Below, in pieces: positions 37,340 through 45,891 of a stretch of 45,891 nt of DNA. The stretch's first letter is position 1. Every line of letters starts with the position of its first letter. A model generated the notes under the pieces. It saw nothing but the letters and a program-made list of their open reading frames with translations. It made no database searches and was not told where the DNA came from. The position numbers and the translations under genes are program-made. Source of the stretch: a virus (lineage: Duplodnaviria > Caudoviricetes); the IMG/VR virus record IMGVR_UViG_3300021976_000030, positions 1-45,891 of that record. One strand, given 5' to 3'.

Positions 37340-37917
37340 GGTCTACTTCCTCAACTCGCATTACTGCATCCTTATCTAATGCTAATTGTACTGCTTGTTC
37401 CATTTCAGTTTCAAAATCGAAGATTCCCAATACATCATCAACTTTTTCACCACCATAGAATCCAATAGTTAGAACAGTAATTAATTTACGTTTCATTAGC
37501 TTTATCCTTAGAAGACTTATCCATAGCATCTATCTTCTCTAATTCAAGATAGATATTTCTAAATTGCAACCAATCTCTATTAGCATCATGTTGTGTTCCC
37601 CGATGCCATCTAATGAATGCAGTCTTAAGTCTAGCTAATCGAATAGGTTCATTCATTTATTATCTCCTATTTAACACTTCTCTTACCATACGATTGAAAC
37701 ATATATCATCGTCATGTGACATATCATCAGTACTAATCCTTCTCATTTTCTCACCATGCCTAGCTTCTACATGGCATCCTTGGCAAGAATAATTTAACTT
37801 AATCTCACCCTTAATAACAGTCTCATTAATGATAATTTCATATTTCATTTCAGTTTTTCTAACAACTTTTCCAATCCAATATCCCTATTCTTCCATTCTT
37901 CATATCGTCTAATGATA

Positions 37918-38223
37918 TTACTTATGAGAAGTTGTATCATCTTTCAATTCCTCTAAAAATTCAACTACTTCCTTAACTTCAACTTTAGGCTTAGTTGATA
38001 CAATACATTCACTACAATGAACTGTCTCTCGTCTTGCTAGGTCACGTGTAATAAGAAAGTCCTTACCGCAGAATGGACATAGAGCTATCTTATTAATGAT
38101 GAATGCTTCCCTAGTGTAATGAGTACAACCAGGTAGCATACATCTAAATACTACACTCTTAACTAACTTAACTTTCCTATACTGATGAATCTTGTGTGGT
38201 TTGATAACCATTGTTTTTCTCAT
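37918..38223 (-). CDS. zinc-finger protein
   Basis: H.H.Y...CMLPGC.H, CPFC, CSEC. Confidence 0.65.
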   Translation of the reverse strand: MRKTMVIKPHKIHQYRKVKLVKSVVFRCMLPGCTHYTREAFIINKIALCPFCGKDFLITRDLARRETVHCSECIVSTKPKVEVKEVVEFLEELKDDTTSHK

Positions 38224-38236
38224 TTAACACTTGGAG

Positions 38237-38284
38237 AGTCTAGTCCAGTATATAACATTATAGCCAGTGATACTGGACTAGACT
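38237..38284. repeat. 15-bp perfect inverted repeat with 18-nt loop
   Basis: AGTCTAGTCCAGTAT / ATACTGGACTAGACT, intergenic. Confidence 0.85.
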
Positions 38285-38378
38285 ATTACTCCCAACTTAA
38301 TCCTTCTTCATTTTCATCCCATTACAGCAGGGGTCCATATTGGATTTTATTGAGAGTCTCCAACTCTTTGTTGCAAAT

Positions 38379-38618
38379 TCAATCTATACTAATCTTGTAG
38401 AAATATTCTCTATTCATTGCTGGATATTCTACAACTTTACGAGTTGGATGTTCTCTTGCATATTCAGCTTGCTGAGCAATCCATTCCTCTTTAGTTGCTA
38501 ATCCGATAACTACAAATGGTTGTTCTCTATAGTTACCTTCATGGTCTGATAGTTCGCCGTCATTACCATCATATCTCTTACCTATCTCTAGCTTATCTTC
38601 ACTAGACATAATTAACAT
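38379..38618 (-). CDS. hypothetical protein
   Basis: ORF track. Confidence 0.6.
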   Translation of the reverse strand: MLIMSSEDKLEIGKRYDGNDGELSDHEGNYREQPFVVIGLATKEEWIAQQAEYAREHPTRKVVEYPAMNREYFYKISID

Positions 38619-38968
38619 TCTAAGGCTTTTTCCATTCGCTTAGTTAAACTCTCAGCGGCGGCTTCTAGGTGTGGAAGTAATTCCATTCTATGTTTATAAC
38701 CATGTAATCTAATAGTTCTAGTACATTCAACTAATGGTAGAGTTATTTCATTATTATCAGCATTGGTATAAGATGCCATAACTCTCCAACTATCACCAAA
38801 CTTACCATACTTTAAGAAAACTTCATCAGAAATCTTAACTGTAACTGGAACTCCTATACCAATAGTCTTAAGTTCTTGCTCGAATGCTAGTATAGCTGTA
38901 TTCAATAGGTCAGTCACTCTGTTAAGTTCCTGCTTAATCTTAAGTAACTTCTCTACATCATAATTCAT
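38612..38968 (-). CDS. hypothetical protein
   Basis: ORF track. Confidence 0.65.
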   Translation of the reverse strand: MNYDVEKLLKIKQELNRVTDLLNTAILAFEQELKTIGIGVPVTVKISDEVFLKYGKFGDSWRVMASYTNADNNEITLPLVECTRTIRLHGYKHRMELLPHLEAAAESLTKRMEKALEC

Positions 38969-39137
38969 ATTTAATTATTCCTCTATTTTAATACCATTAA
39001 TCATTTCTTTTAGTTCAATGATATATCTCTTAACATGTGATAATTCATTATATTCATCATTAACTAGGATATTCCTAATAAATTTACCCTGGTCAATAAC
39101 TCCATTGAGTTTATCAATCAGTTCAAATGTATTCATA

Positions 39138-39980
39138 CTATTCTTCCTTCGGAGACTCAGGGTCCCAGGGAGCTTCAACTTTATACATTTTTTCGATAAC
39201 TCCTGCTCTAGCTCGTGGATCTACAGAGCATATAGGTAACATTCCACATCCACCATACATACCACACTGAGTACGACGCATGGGAAATGTATTAGTCTCA
39301 AGACAAAATAACATATCCTTAGCTATTCTAGCCGTGTTATGTATCCACTCTTGTTTCTTCTCATCATTGTAGACTAACTTAACTCGTCTAAACTTCTTCT
39401 CAGGTGGATAGCTAGATTGAAAGCCTATCTTATTTACTGTGAGAAAGTTAATACCTAAAACTGTACAGTAGCCGGTAAACTGGTTCTCTGTAGCTAATGG
39501 TTCAAACCATCTATCATATGTCTTATGGTCTACCGCCATTAACGGAATCTCTGGCTCACCAGCTACTGTAACGTCAATCTTACAAACATATAAGAGGATT
39601 AGTTCATCATCCTCATAGATAACTTTTTTATGAATCTTCTCTGTCTCAACAGGTAACCAGCGTTCATTCTGATAATAAGTGAAATACTCACCCATATTCT
39701 CTAGAATGGACATACCCCTCGGGACATCAATAGCATCGTAATGATTAATTCGCGCGCGCCCTAATTCTAATGATTTAATTCTAGCATTCAGCTTATTCCT
39801 GCTAGACTTATATTCATTATAATACTGTTCAATAATATCATGACATAAACTCCCCCGCTGAATAGCATATTTAGATTCTAAAGCTCGCAGATTATGCACG
39901 AACTTATGCTCAAAATCCCTCTCACACTTGGAGAATGAATCTAGAATCTGTGAATCAATCTTTAGAATCTTCTTTGCCAT
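39138..39980 (-). CDS. PD-(D/E)XK Cas4-like exonuclease
   Basis: C..RGSLCH...E...KID...VDHKT...Q...Y...C...C...C. Confidence 0.85.
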   Translation of the reverse strand: MAKKILKIDSQILDSFSKCERDFEHKFVHNLRALESKYAIQRGSLCHDIIEQYYNEYKSSRNKLNARIKSLELGRARINHYDAIDVPRGMSILENMGEYFTYYQNERWLPVETEKIHKKVIYEDDELILLYVCKIDVTVAGEPEIPLMAVDHKTYDRWFEPLATENQFTGYCTVLGINFLTVNKIGFQSSYPPEKKFRRVKLVYNDEKKQEWIHNTARIAKDMLFCLETNTFPMRRTQCGMYGGCGMLPICSVDPRARAGVIEKMYKVEAPWDPESPKEE

Positions 39981-40563
39981 TATTTAATACACTCTCTAAG
40001 TTCTCTAGCTGCTTCTTCAATAGCTTTAGGATCATTATATCTAACATCCCTAGTCTTACCTTGAATAATTACTCCCTCATCATTTACATATGAGAGTCTA
40101 ACCATACCGTTAGGAATACTAAATTGTACTAGTTTCATATATCTTCCTTATCTCCATACTTATCCTTCATGTTCTCTTTCCACTCTGACCTAGGAATTAC
40201 TCGATTTCTTTCTACATAAACTAGTTCACTCTGTAAATCTTCAATCAATCTTCTTAACTGCATAGATGTGATTGGTACACTCAGGGACATTTGTCCTTTC
40301 TTCATTATGATACAGATAGCATCATTTAATCGCGCCGTTCGCAATTCAGTTGTATTAACTTCTAGTAGTAACATTATCCTATCCTAGCTAGTAAATCTTT
40401 CAACTTACCTATTTCTAGTGGGTTAAGGATTATTATGAAAGTATCACCATCTCCATTAACTGTTTTAATTTCTAAATGATCATCATCTAAGTAAAATTCT
40501 ATCCATTCTTCTACATTTCCTAAATTTCTTATTATCTCTAAGTCTGGATTCTTATTCATTAAA

Positions 40564-41031
40564 TTAGCTCGGACTGCTCGGACTGAATACAGCATACTCA
40601 GCTATCCTTCTAGCTTTAAGTCCCTTAGATTGAATTAGGACTCCATTCTTATGAAGCTTATCCCACCTTAACCATTGATTCTCTATTAATTTACCTCTCT
40701 TACCTTGTAGTAATAGCTTAAGTAGAGTACTAGACTTAAATGCTCCAAACCCAATATTATAGACTAGACTAACTAGCGCGTCGGACTCATTCTGAAATAA
40801 GTTCTCATTCCTTAATATAATATCAAGCTTAAACTCAATACCATCACATTCTCTTTTCATCCAAGTATTAGCTTCTAATGTAGAACAAATATCACCTAAC
40901 TTAACTGGCGTTCCATTGGGATAATGAATACAACCATATCCAATAGTAGGTATTCCAGCCTGGTCTAGATATGCTACAGTTCTAAGCTTTTCATATTCTC
41001 GTATGAACTTTAATCCTAATGGACTAATCAT
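40564..41031 (-). CDS. GH24 lysozyme (endolysin)
   Basis: E(KLR)..AY.D..G.PTIGYG, ALVSLVYNIG, SSTLLK, GL..RR..E. Confidence 0.92.
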   Translation of the reverse strand: MISPLGLKFIREYEKLRTVAYLDQAGIPTIGYGCIHYPNGTPVKLGDICSTLEANTWMKRECDGIEFKLDIILRNENLFQNESDALVSLVYNIGFGAFKSSTLLKLLLQGKRGKLIENQWLRWDKLHKNGVLIQSKGLKARRIAEYAVFSPSSPS

Positions 41032-41912
41032 TACTTTATCTCAATCACTAAGATAATCTTATTTTCTTTACTTGTATCAATAAATACTGAATCTATTGGA
41101 ATTAGATCTTCCATTCTCTTATCTGAGATGTGAATTTCCTCATCTCCTAGAGTAGATGGAATCATTTGAATTAAATCTTTGAGTGTCAAATTAATATCCT
41201 TCTACATTCTTAATCTTGAAATAATCAGCTAATGCTACACTCTGTACGAATGATTTAGATACATTAAACCTATTAGCCTCTTGTTCCAGTCTAGAATTAA
41301 TTTCCTTAATTACATGACCATATATTCTTTTTCTAGTTCTACCATTCCTTAGAGGTTTTTGATATCTCATATTATTTAATTAGCTTTAATTATATCTTTA
41401 GCTAGTTTATCTAGAATTTTTAATAGTTTTTTAGTATCAGTTTGCTTAGGCCAAGATTTAACTATTTCAACAATTATCATTCTTTGTTTATCATTTAATT
41501 CCATTTAACTATTCCCTAAATTAGCTCAAACTATTAGCTCGGATTAACGAATGACTCCACTAAATACATGTGGAAAATACTCTCTAGCGAATCCATTAGT
41601 ATGTCCTTCGGTATCTACTGGCATTGCAAATACCTTAGTTTCATTAGAACTGAGATACATGAACTTATAAGGTAGATTCCTGAATGACATTATAATAGAA
41701 CGCTCAGGAACTAACTCATCATTTATATATAGATGTTTATTCACTCTTGATGCTCACATCACATCTTAATTTAGCTGTATCAGAATTAATAGCTCGTTCT
41801 ATCTCCCATGCCATATTCAATACTTCAGTTTTATTTTCAACTTCTCCTTTCAATTCAATCTGTAGTTTAGTTCCATCTGATTTTCGAGTGTAGACTATCA
41901 TTGATATAATCA

Positions 41913-43508
41913 TTAGTTTAGCTTCCATTTAATTCCTGCCCTTTTCTTACCAATCATATCTGCAAGCTGCCTAAATACTTCGCTTTCATTCCATACTACT
42001 TGACTATTACTCATCATACCCGATTTTACAAGCGCTCTTTTACGTTCATTGATTTCCGTCAGCATTTCATCTATAGTACCACCAGCAGTCATATAGGTAG
42101 CTACTACATTATTTCTAGACTGACCAATCCTTCTAAATCTAGCTTCAAATTGTTCTTCATTAGCTGCATTCCACTGTCTTTCCATAATAATGCACTCAGA
42201 ACAATCTTCCTGTAGATTTAATCCTTCACCCGCTGCTAGTGTGCTGGCTACTAGGATTCTATAGGATGTATTTTTATTAAACTTCTCTACTACGTCATTT
42301 AGGTCGAAGTCAGTCATACTTCCTTTAATACGTAGGACTGACCCAAATCCACCCATACGGCACCATTTATCTAGTTCAGTAGTTAGCATATTAGCTACAT
42401 CTTCATGATGTATTGCAATAGCTAACTTTCTACTAGTGCTCATAAGGAAGTCAGTAGCAAAGTCTACAGTATCAGGTATCTTACTAATACCTACAATATG
42501 TCTCATCCTTTGTAGGATTGCAAGTAAATCTGAATTTTGCGCTAGACTAGACTTTTGATCTTCTAACTTATTAACTAAGTAAAGATAATCTGATTCAGCA
42601 TTATTATATGCCTCTGCAAACTTACCTTCTAAGTCTACATATTGAACATCTCTACGTATCCCAATATATGGTATCTGGTCTGATACATCCTGTCTTTCAC
42701 GTCTTAGAACTATCTTACTAGTTAGTCTTTCAAATAATTGCTTATTCTTAAGTCCCATTTCCCTTAACTTACCATTACCATCATAATAATAAGCTATGAA
42801 CTGGCGCATAAACTCTTCACGATTATTAAAATAGTGCGGCGCTAGGATGTTAAGTATGGTGAAATACTCACTAAGCCTATTTTTAAATGGTGTGCCACTT
42901 AATGCAATAATGTGCTCGATAGAGTTATCTTTGATAAACTTTCTAATTGCAATCGTCCTTAATGAGTTCTCATTCTTAATATGCTGGCATTCATCTATTA
43001 CTATGCATTTAATTTCTCCCAGACGTTCAAGAGGATAAGTTCTCATTAAATCCATACTAATAACATAGTATTTAAGTCCAGGAAGTACAGCATGACCCTG
43101 CTGAATAACTTGACTCATAGACTTGTCACACCAGCGATATAATTGCTTGAAAAATTGTAGGGTGAGTTTCTTCTTAACGATAAATAATACTGGATAGCAT
43201 TCGCTATGATAGTGGAGTAAACCTAGAGCTTGAATAGTTTTACCTAATCCCATCTCATCAGCTATGAGACCAGTGCAAGCATTAGCTTCCAGGAATTTCA
43301 TACCTTCAATTTGGAATTGATAGGGTTTATCACCCTCTAATGAATGAAACTCAGAGAACTTATCAACTGGAGTAACTACTACTTCCTTAACTGAGAAATG
43401 CCCACAGCTAAGTATGTAGAATAGCTTTTCATTAGACGTAAACTCTCCAATAGAGCTTACAGACTTAGAGCAGGTGGGACACTTAAATTCTAGTTGAGTT
43501 ATTGTCAT
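41913..43508 (-). CDS. SNF2-family helicase with N-terminal Zn finger
   Basis: YQFQ, ADEMGLGKT, DECQ, LSGTP, GEGLNL, EQFEAR.RRIGQ. Confidence 0.92.
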   Translation of the reverse strand: MTITQLEFKCPTCSKSVSSIGEFTSNEKLFYILSCGHFSVKEVVVTPVDKFSEFHSLEGDKPYQFQIEGMKFLEANACTGLIADEMGLGKTIQALGLLHYHSECYPVLFIVKKKLTLQFFKQLYRWCDKSMSQVIQQGHAVLPGLKYYVISMDLMRTYPLERLGEIKCIVIDECQHIKNENSLRTIAIRKFIKDNSIEHIIALSGTPFKNRLSEYFTILNILAPHYFNNREEFMRQFIAYYYDGNGKLREMGLKNKQLFERLTSKIVLRRERQDVSDQIPYIGIRRDVQYVDLEGKFAEAYNNAESDYLYLVNKLEDQKSSLAQNSDLLAILQRMRHIVGISKIPDTVDFATDFLMSTSRKLAIAIHHEDVANMLTTELDKWCRMGGFGSVLRIKGSMTDFDLNDVVEKFNKNTSYRILVASTLAAGEGLNLQEDCSECIIMERQWNAANEEQFEARFRRIGQSRNNVVATYMTAGGTIDEMLTEINERKRALVKSGMMSNSQVVWNESEVFRQLADMIGKKRAGIKWKLN

Positions 43509-43886
43509 AATTCTGATTCTATGGACTAATAGTTAGTCGAATAGATTAGCTAGGCCAACCAATAAAATACTGCGCTGCTTCTTTCTTTTCCTCAATAGAT
43601 AGAACTTGTGTAAGTCTTTGTGCTGTTTGTTTCAATAAATATAAAGAAACATTACAATTCTCATTACATAGTTTCTTATGCGCGTCGGCTGCATTTCTAA
43701 GATTAATTATTTCTGTTAAGTTAGGACTCATAAATTAAAACCCAGTCTCATCGAGGTGAACTACTCTGTAGTTTCTTTCAACAAATATGGTAGAGTTATT
43801 GATGTAAGAAGTAGCTTCATCAATAGTATTGAATATCCTAGTGAATAGCTTAGTCTCACCATTCACAGTATACATGATACCATACA

Positions 43887-44738
43887 TTATTTAGACTCCT
43901 TATGCTCAGCGCATAGCTTAGAACCATCATTTACCATTACCTTACAGAATTCACATTCTACTGGTATAATAGCTGGCCTATGGTCTGTGCAATAAGATTG
44001 ACCTTGTATTCTAGGATTCTTACAAAACTCACATTCTGTAGGTTGAGTTACTTCAAGACTAGTAGAGCATACCATACAGTTAGTCATACTCTCAGTATTC
44101 ATTGCCTTACACTTAGTACAAATCTTAAATTTACTTACTGGTGTGGAATGCTTACCTAGTCCCATCTCAAAAGTTTGAGCTAACATTTTCTTAATAGCAT
44201 CTGCGGCGTCAGCTTCACTAATTCCAAGCTTACCAAACAATGCAATAGTTTTATCGCCTTTAACTTCTGAGCCAGTTTTAGACTTAGACTTTCTAGAGAC
44301 TTTAGATAGATTAGCTGGATTATAGTCTGGTAATATACGAGACTTCTCTACTTCTACAGTCTTTTTAATCTGATTTTTTAAGACTTCCGCAGCCCAAGAT
44401 TTCTCCTTCTTCTCCCATATCTCGAACGCGAATCCCTCAATAACTCCTGATAAGTATTCAAGTGCTTCCTGAGAAGACTTACCAGCTATAGCTTCTGATA
44501 GTCTCTGAATGTTAGCATTCTGGAAATCTTCAAATGATTTAATCTCAGTCATATCAGTTACCTTAATCCAACTAGTTATATGAGTGTGTATCTCTACACC
44601 ATTAATGACTACTTTAAAAGTTAAATCATCACTTTTACTGGCGCTGGATTCAAAGTATGATGATTTAACTATTGAAATATTCATTATGTTAAATACTGAA
44701 ATTAGACTGAGCATAAGACTTACCGCACGTAGCAGCAA
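43887..44738 (-). CDS. hypothetical protein with three C-terminal zinc ribbons (start probably MNISIV)
   Basis: CTKC..CMVC, PTECEFCK..C..H, PVECEFCK..C..H. Confidence 0.7.
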   Translation of the reverse strand: MLLRAVSLMLSLISVFNIMNISIVKSSYFESSASKSDDLTFKVVINGVEIHTHITSWIKVTDMTEIKSFEDFQNANIQRLSEAIAGKSSQEALEYLSGVIEGFAFEIWEKKEKSWAAEVLKNQIKKTVEVEKSRILPDYNPANLSKVSRKSKSKTGSEVKGDKTIALFGKLGISEADAADAIKKMLAQTFEMGLGKHSTPVSKFKICTKCKAMNTESMTNCMVCSTSLEVTQPTECEFCKNPRIQGQSYCTDHRPAIIPVECEFCKVMVNDGSKLCAEHKESK

Positions 44739-44907
44739 TAAACCAGAATAGATAGTTATTGTAAAGATAATCTACATATGCACTGGCATAACCTATAGAC
44801 TTTCTATCTATATATGCATTCCAATATATTGCAGCGCGCCGCTCATACTCACTAGCATTAGAATCTACAATCCATTCATTCATGTTATTTAATCTCCTGA
44901 TTTGTGA

Positions 44908-44936
44908 AGTATATCCTAGTTAGGTATGAGTGTCAA
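44908..44936 (-). promoter_or_regulatory. sigma70-type promoter
   Basis: TTGACA, 17 nt, TATACT on the minus strand; AGGAG RBS follows for ORF 44689-44883. Confidence 0.8.
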
Positions 44937-45166
44937 GGTAATAAACTTAAACTTAAAGTAAAGAGTATCACCATATTTAACATATTGGATATTCCACATA
45001 CTAAAATCTATTCTCTCTATCACTATCACTATTACTATTAGAGTCAGAGTTAAAGAAACTAACAATGACTAAGTAAAGTAAGAATGGTGCGAAAATCACC
45101 CATTTAAGAATGAACCATATAACTACTAAGAAGTTAATACACTCCATTAGTAGCTGGTTCTTAAGA

Positions 45167-45397
45167 CTAGTCAGGATACTTTTTAATGTATTCCTTATGG
45201 AGTTTTTCAATGTCTTTCTCCGCATTTCTCATTACACTTTCAAGCGCCTGAGCTATGGTCTTACCACTATATCCCGAATGTTTTAAATCTGTTTCATTAT
45301 ATCTCAGAATAGCCCGCATATAGTCATATGTACTTAGCTTCCTATCTACTTGCTTGGCTTTTAATACTTCCAAGTCTTTAGACTCTTGTTCAGTCAT
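45167..45397 (-). CDS. hypothetical protein
   Basis: ORF track; GAGG RBS. Confidence 0.6.
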   Translation of the reverse strand: MTEQESKDLEVLKAKQVDRKLSTYDYMRAILRYNETDLKHSGYSGKTIAQALESVMRNAEKDIEKLHKEYIKKYPD

Positions 45398-45400
45398 TAG

Positions 45401-45706
45401 TTATTCCTCAGATAAGTAATCAGGTTTATCGTTAGCTGGATTATGTGATTTGACTGGCTTATCTTTAGCTTCACTAGAGTATTGATAATTGAATGCTCTA
45501 GTATCCTTCTCCATTACATGATTAGAGCAGACATTCAATACAATTTCTTTTCTATTATGGGAACCTTGTTTAGTTAAGCGCCGGATAACTTTATAGTCTG
45601 CCCTATTATCACAAGACTTATCATTCCAAGTCTTATCCTCGCATGGGATAGATTTAACTCTATGAATAATTATGGTGTTCATGGTTGAATATAATCCTAG
45701 GGTCAT
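45401..45706 (-). CDS. hypothetical protein (Cys/His motif)
   Basis: ORF track; first ORF after the 45820 promoter. Confidence 0.55.
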   Translation of the reverse strand: MTLGLYSTMNTIIIHRVKSIPCEDKTWNDKSCDNRADYKVIRRLTKQGSHNRKEIVLNVCSNHVMEKDTRAFNYQYSSEAKDKPVKSHNPANDKPDYLSEE

Positions 45707-45768
45707 ATAGCAGGCTCAGAGTGCCCTAGAGGCAGTCCCGAGCAGGCTAGGACAGGGGTCAGTCGGCC

Positions 45769-45793
45769 TAAGTGCTTGACTCTGAGGGACTTA
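45769..45793. promoter_or_regulatory. TAAGT-N15-ACTTA inverted-repeat site (copy 2)
   Basis: TAAGT GCTTGACTCTGAGGG ACTTA; shares NN-TTGA with copy 1. Confidence 0.55.
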
Positions 45794-45819
45794 GAGGCAG
45801 TCTCCCCCCTTGCTATGTG

Positions 45820-45849
45820 AGTATACCATAGGCCCTAGCCCCTTGTCAA
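45820..45849 (-). promoter_or_regulatory. sigma70-type promoter
   Basis: TTGACA, 18 nt, TATACT with TG extended -10 on the minus strand. Confidence 0.75.
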
Positions 45850-45891
45850 GCGGGTAGTGAGGGTTTAATGTAGAGGGTTCTATTCTTTTTT

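Noticed and set aside
39138-39980. CRISPR-Cas association of the Cas4-like nuclease
   Set aside because: No repeat-spacer array or other cas genes; context fits a phage recombination module with the AAA_24 ATPase and SSB.
41160-41189. TTGACA on the minus strand as a promoter
   Set aside because: No acceptable -10 at 16-18 nt; TTG is more likely the start of a small ORF.

Overview
The window looks like an essentially complete AT-rich tailed-phage genome (~45.9 kb) with podovirus-type architecture. No integrase, RNA polymerase or CRISPR array is visible. The + strand from ~2.2 to 26.3 kb carries packaging and virion genes: putative TerS, TerL, portal, scaffold, major capsid, an adaptor-tailspike fusion, nozzle and ejection proteins. 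The - strand from ~45.7 to 26.5 kb carries replication, recombination and nucleotide-metabolism genes: SNF2-like helicase, GH24 lysozyme, Cas4-like nuclease, AAA_24 ATPase, SSB, a UDG-PolA fusion, a DUF3987 ATPase, MazG, a DUF5664 hydrolase and tRNA-Leu(UAA). The two contig ends together form a symmetric control region with a poly-T tract, two TAAGT-N15-ACTTA sites and outward-facing sigma70 promoters. Most notable observations: (1) a TTA-free early gene block, a phage tRNA-Leu(UAA) and a TTA-rich leader peptide coupled to the capsid gene, suggesting a possible tRNA-gated translational switch; (2) two orphan terminase-ATPase motif fragments on unrelated proteins, possibly decoys; (3) a candidate programmed -1 frameshift in a secreted protein gene; (4) an over-represented CGGCGC word; (5) several long structured intergenic elements; (6) two candidate nucleotide-signal sponge anti-defence proteins. 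All family assignments come from motif recognition by eye, not database searches.
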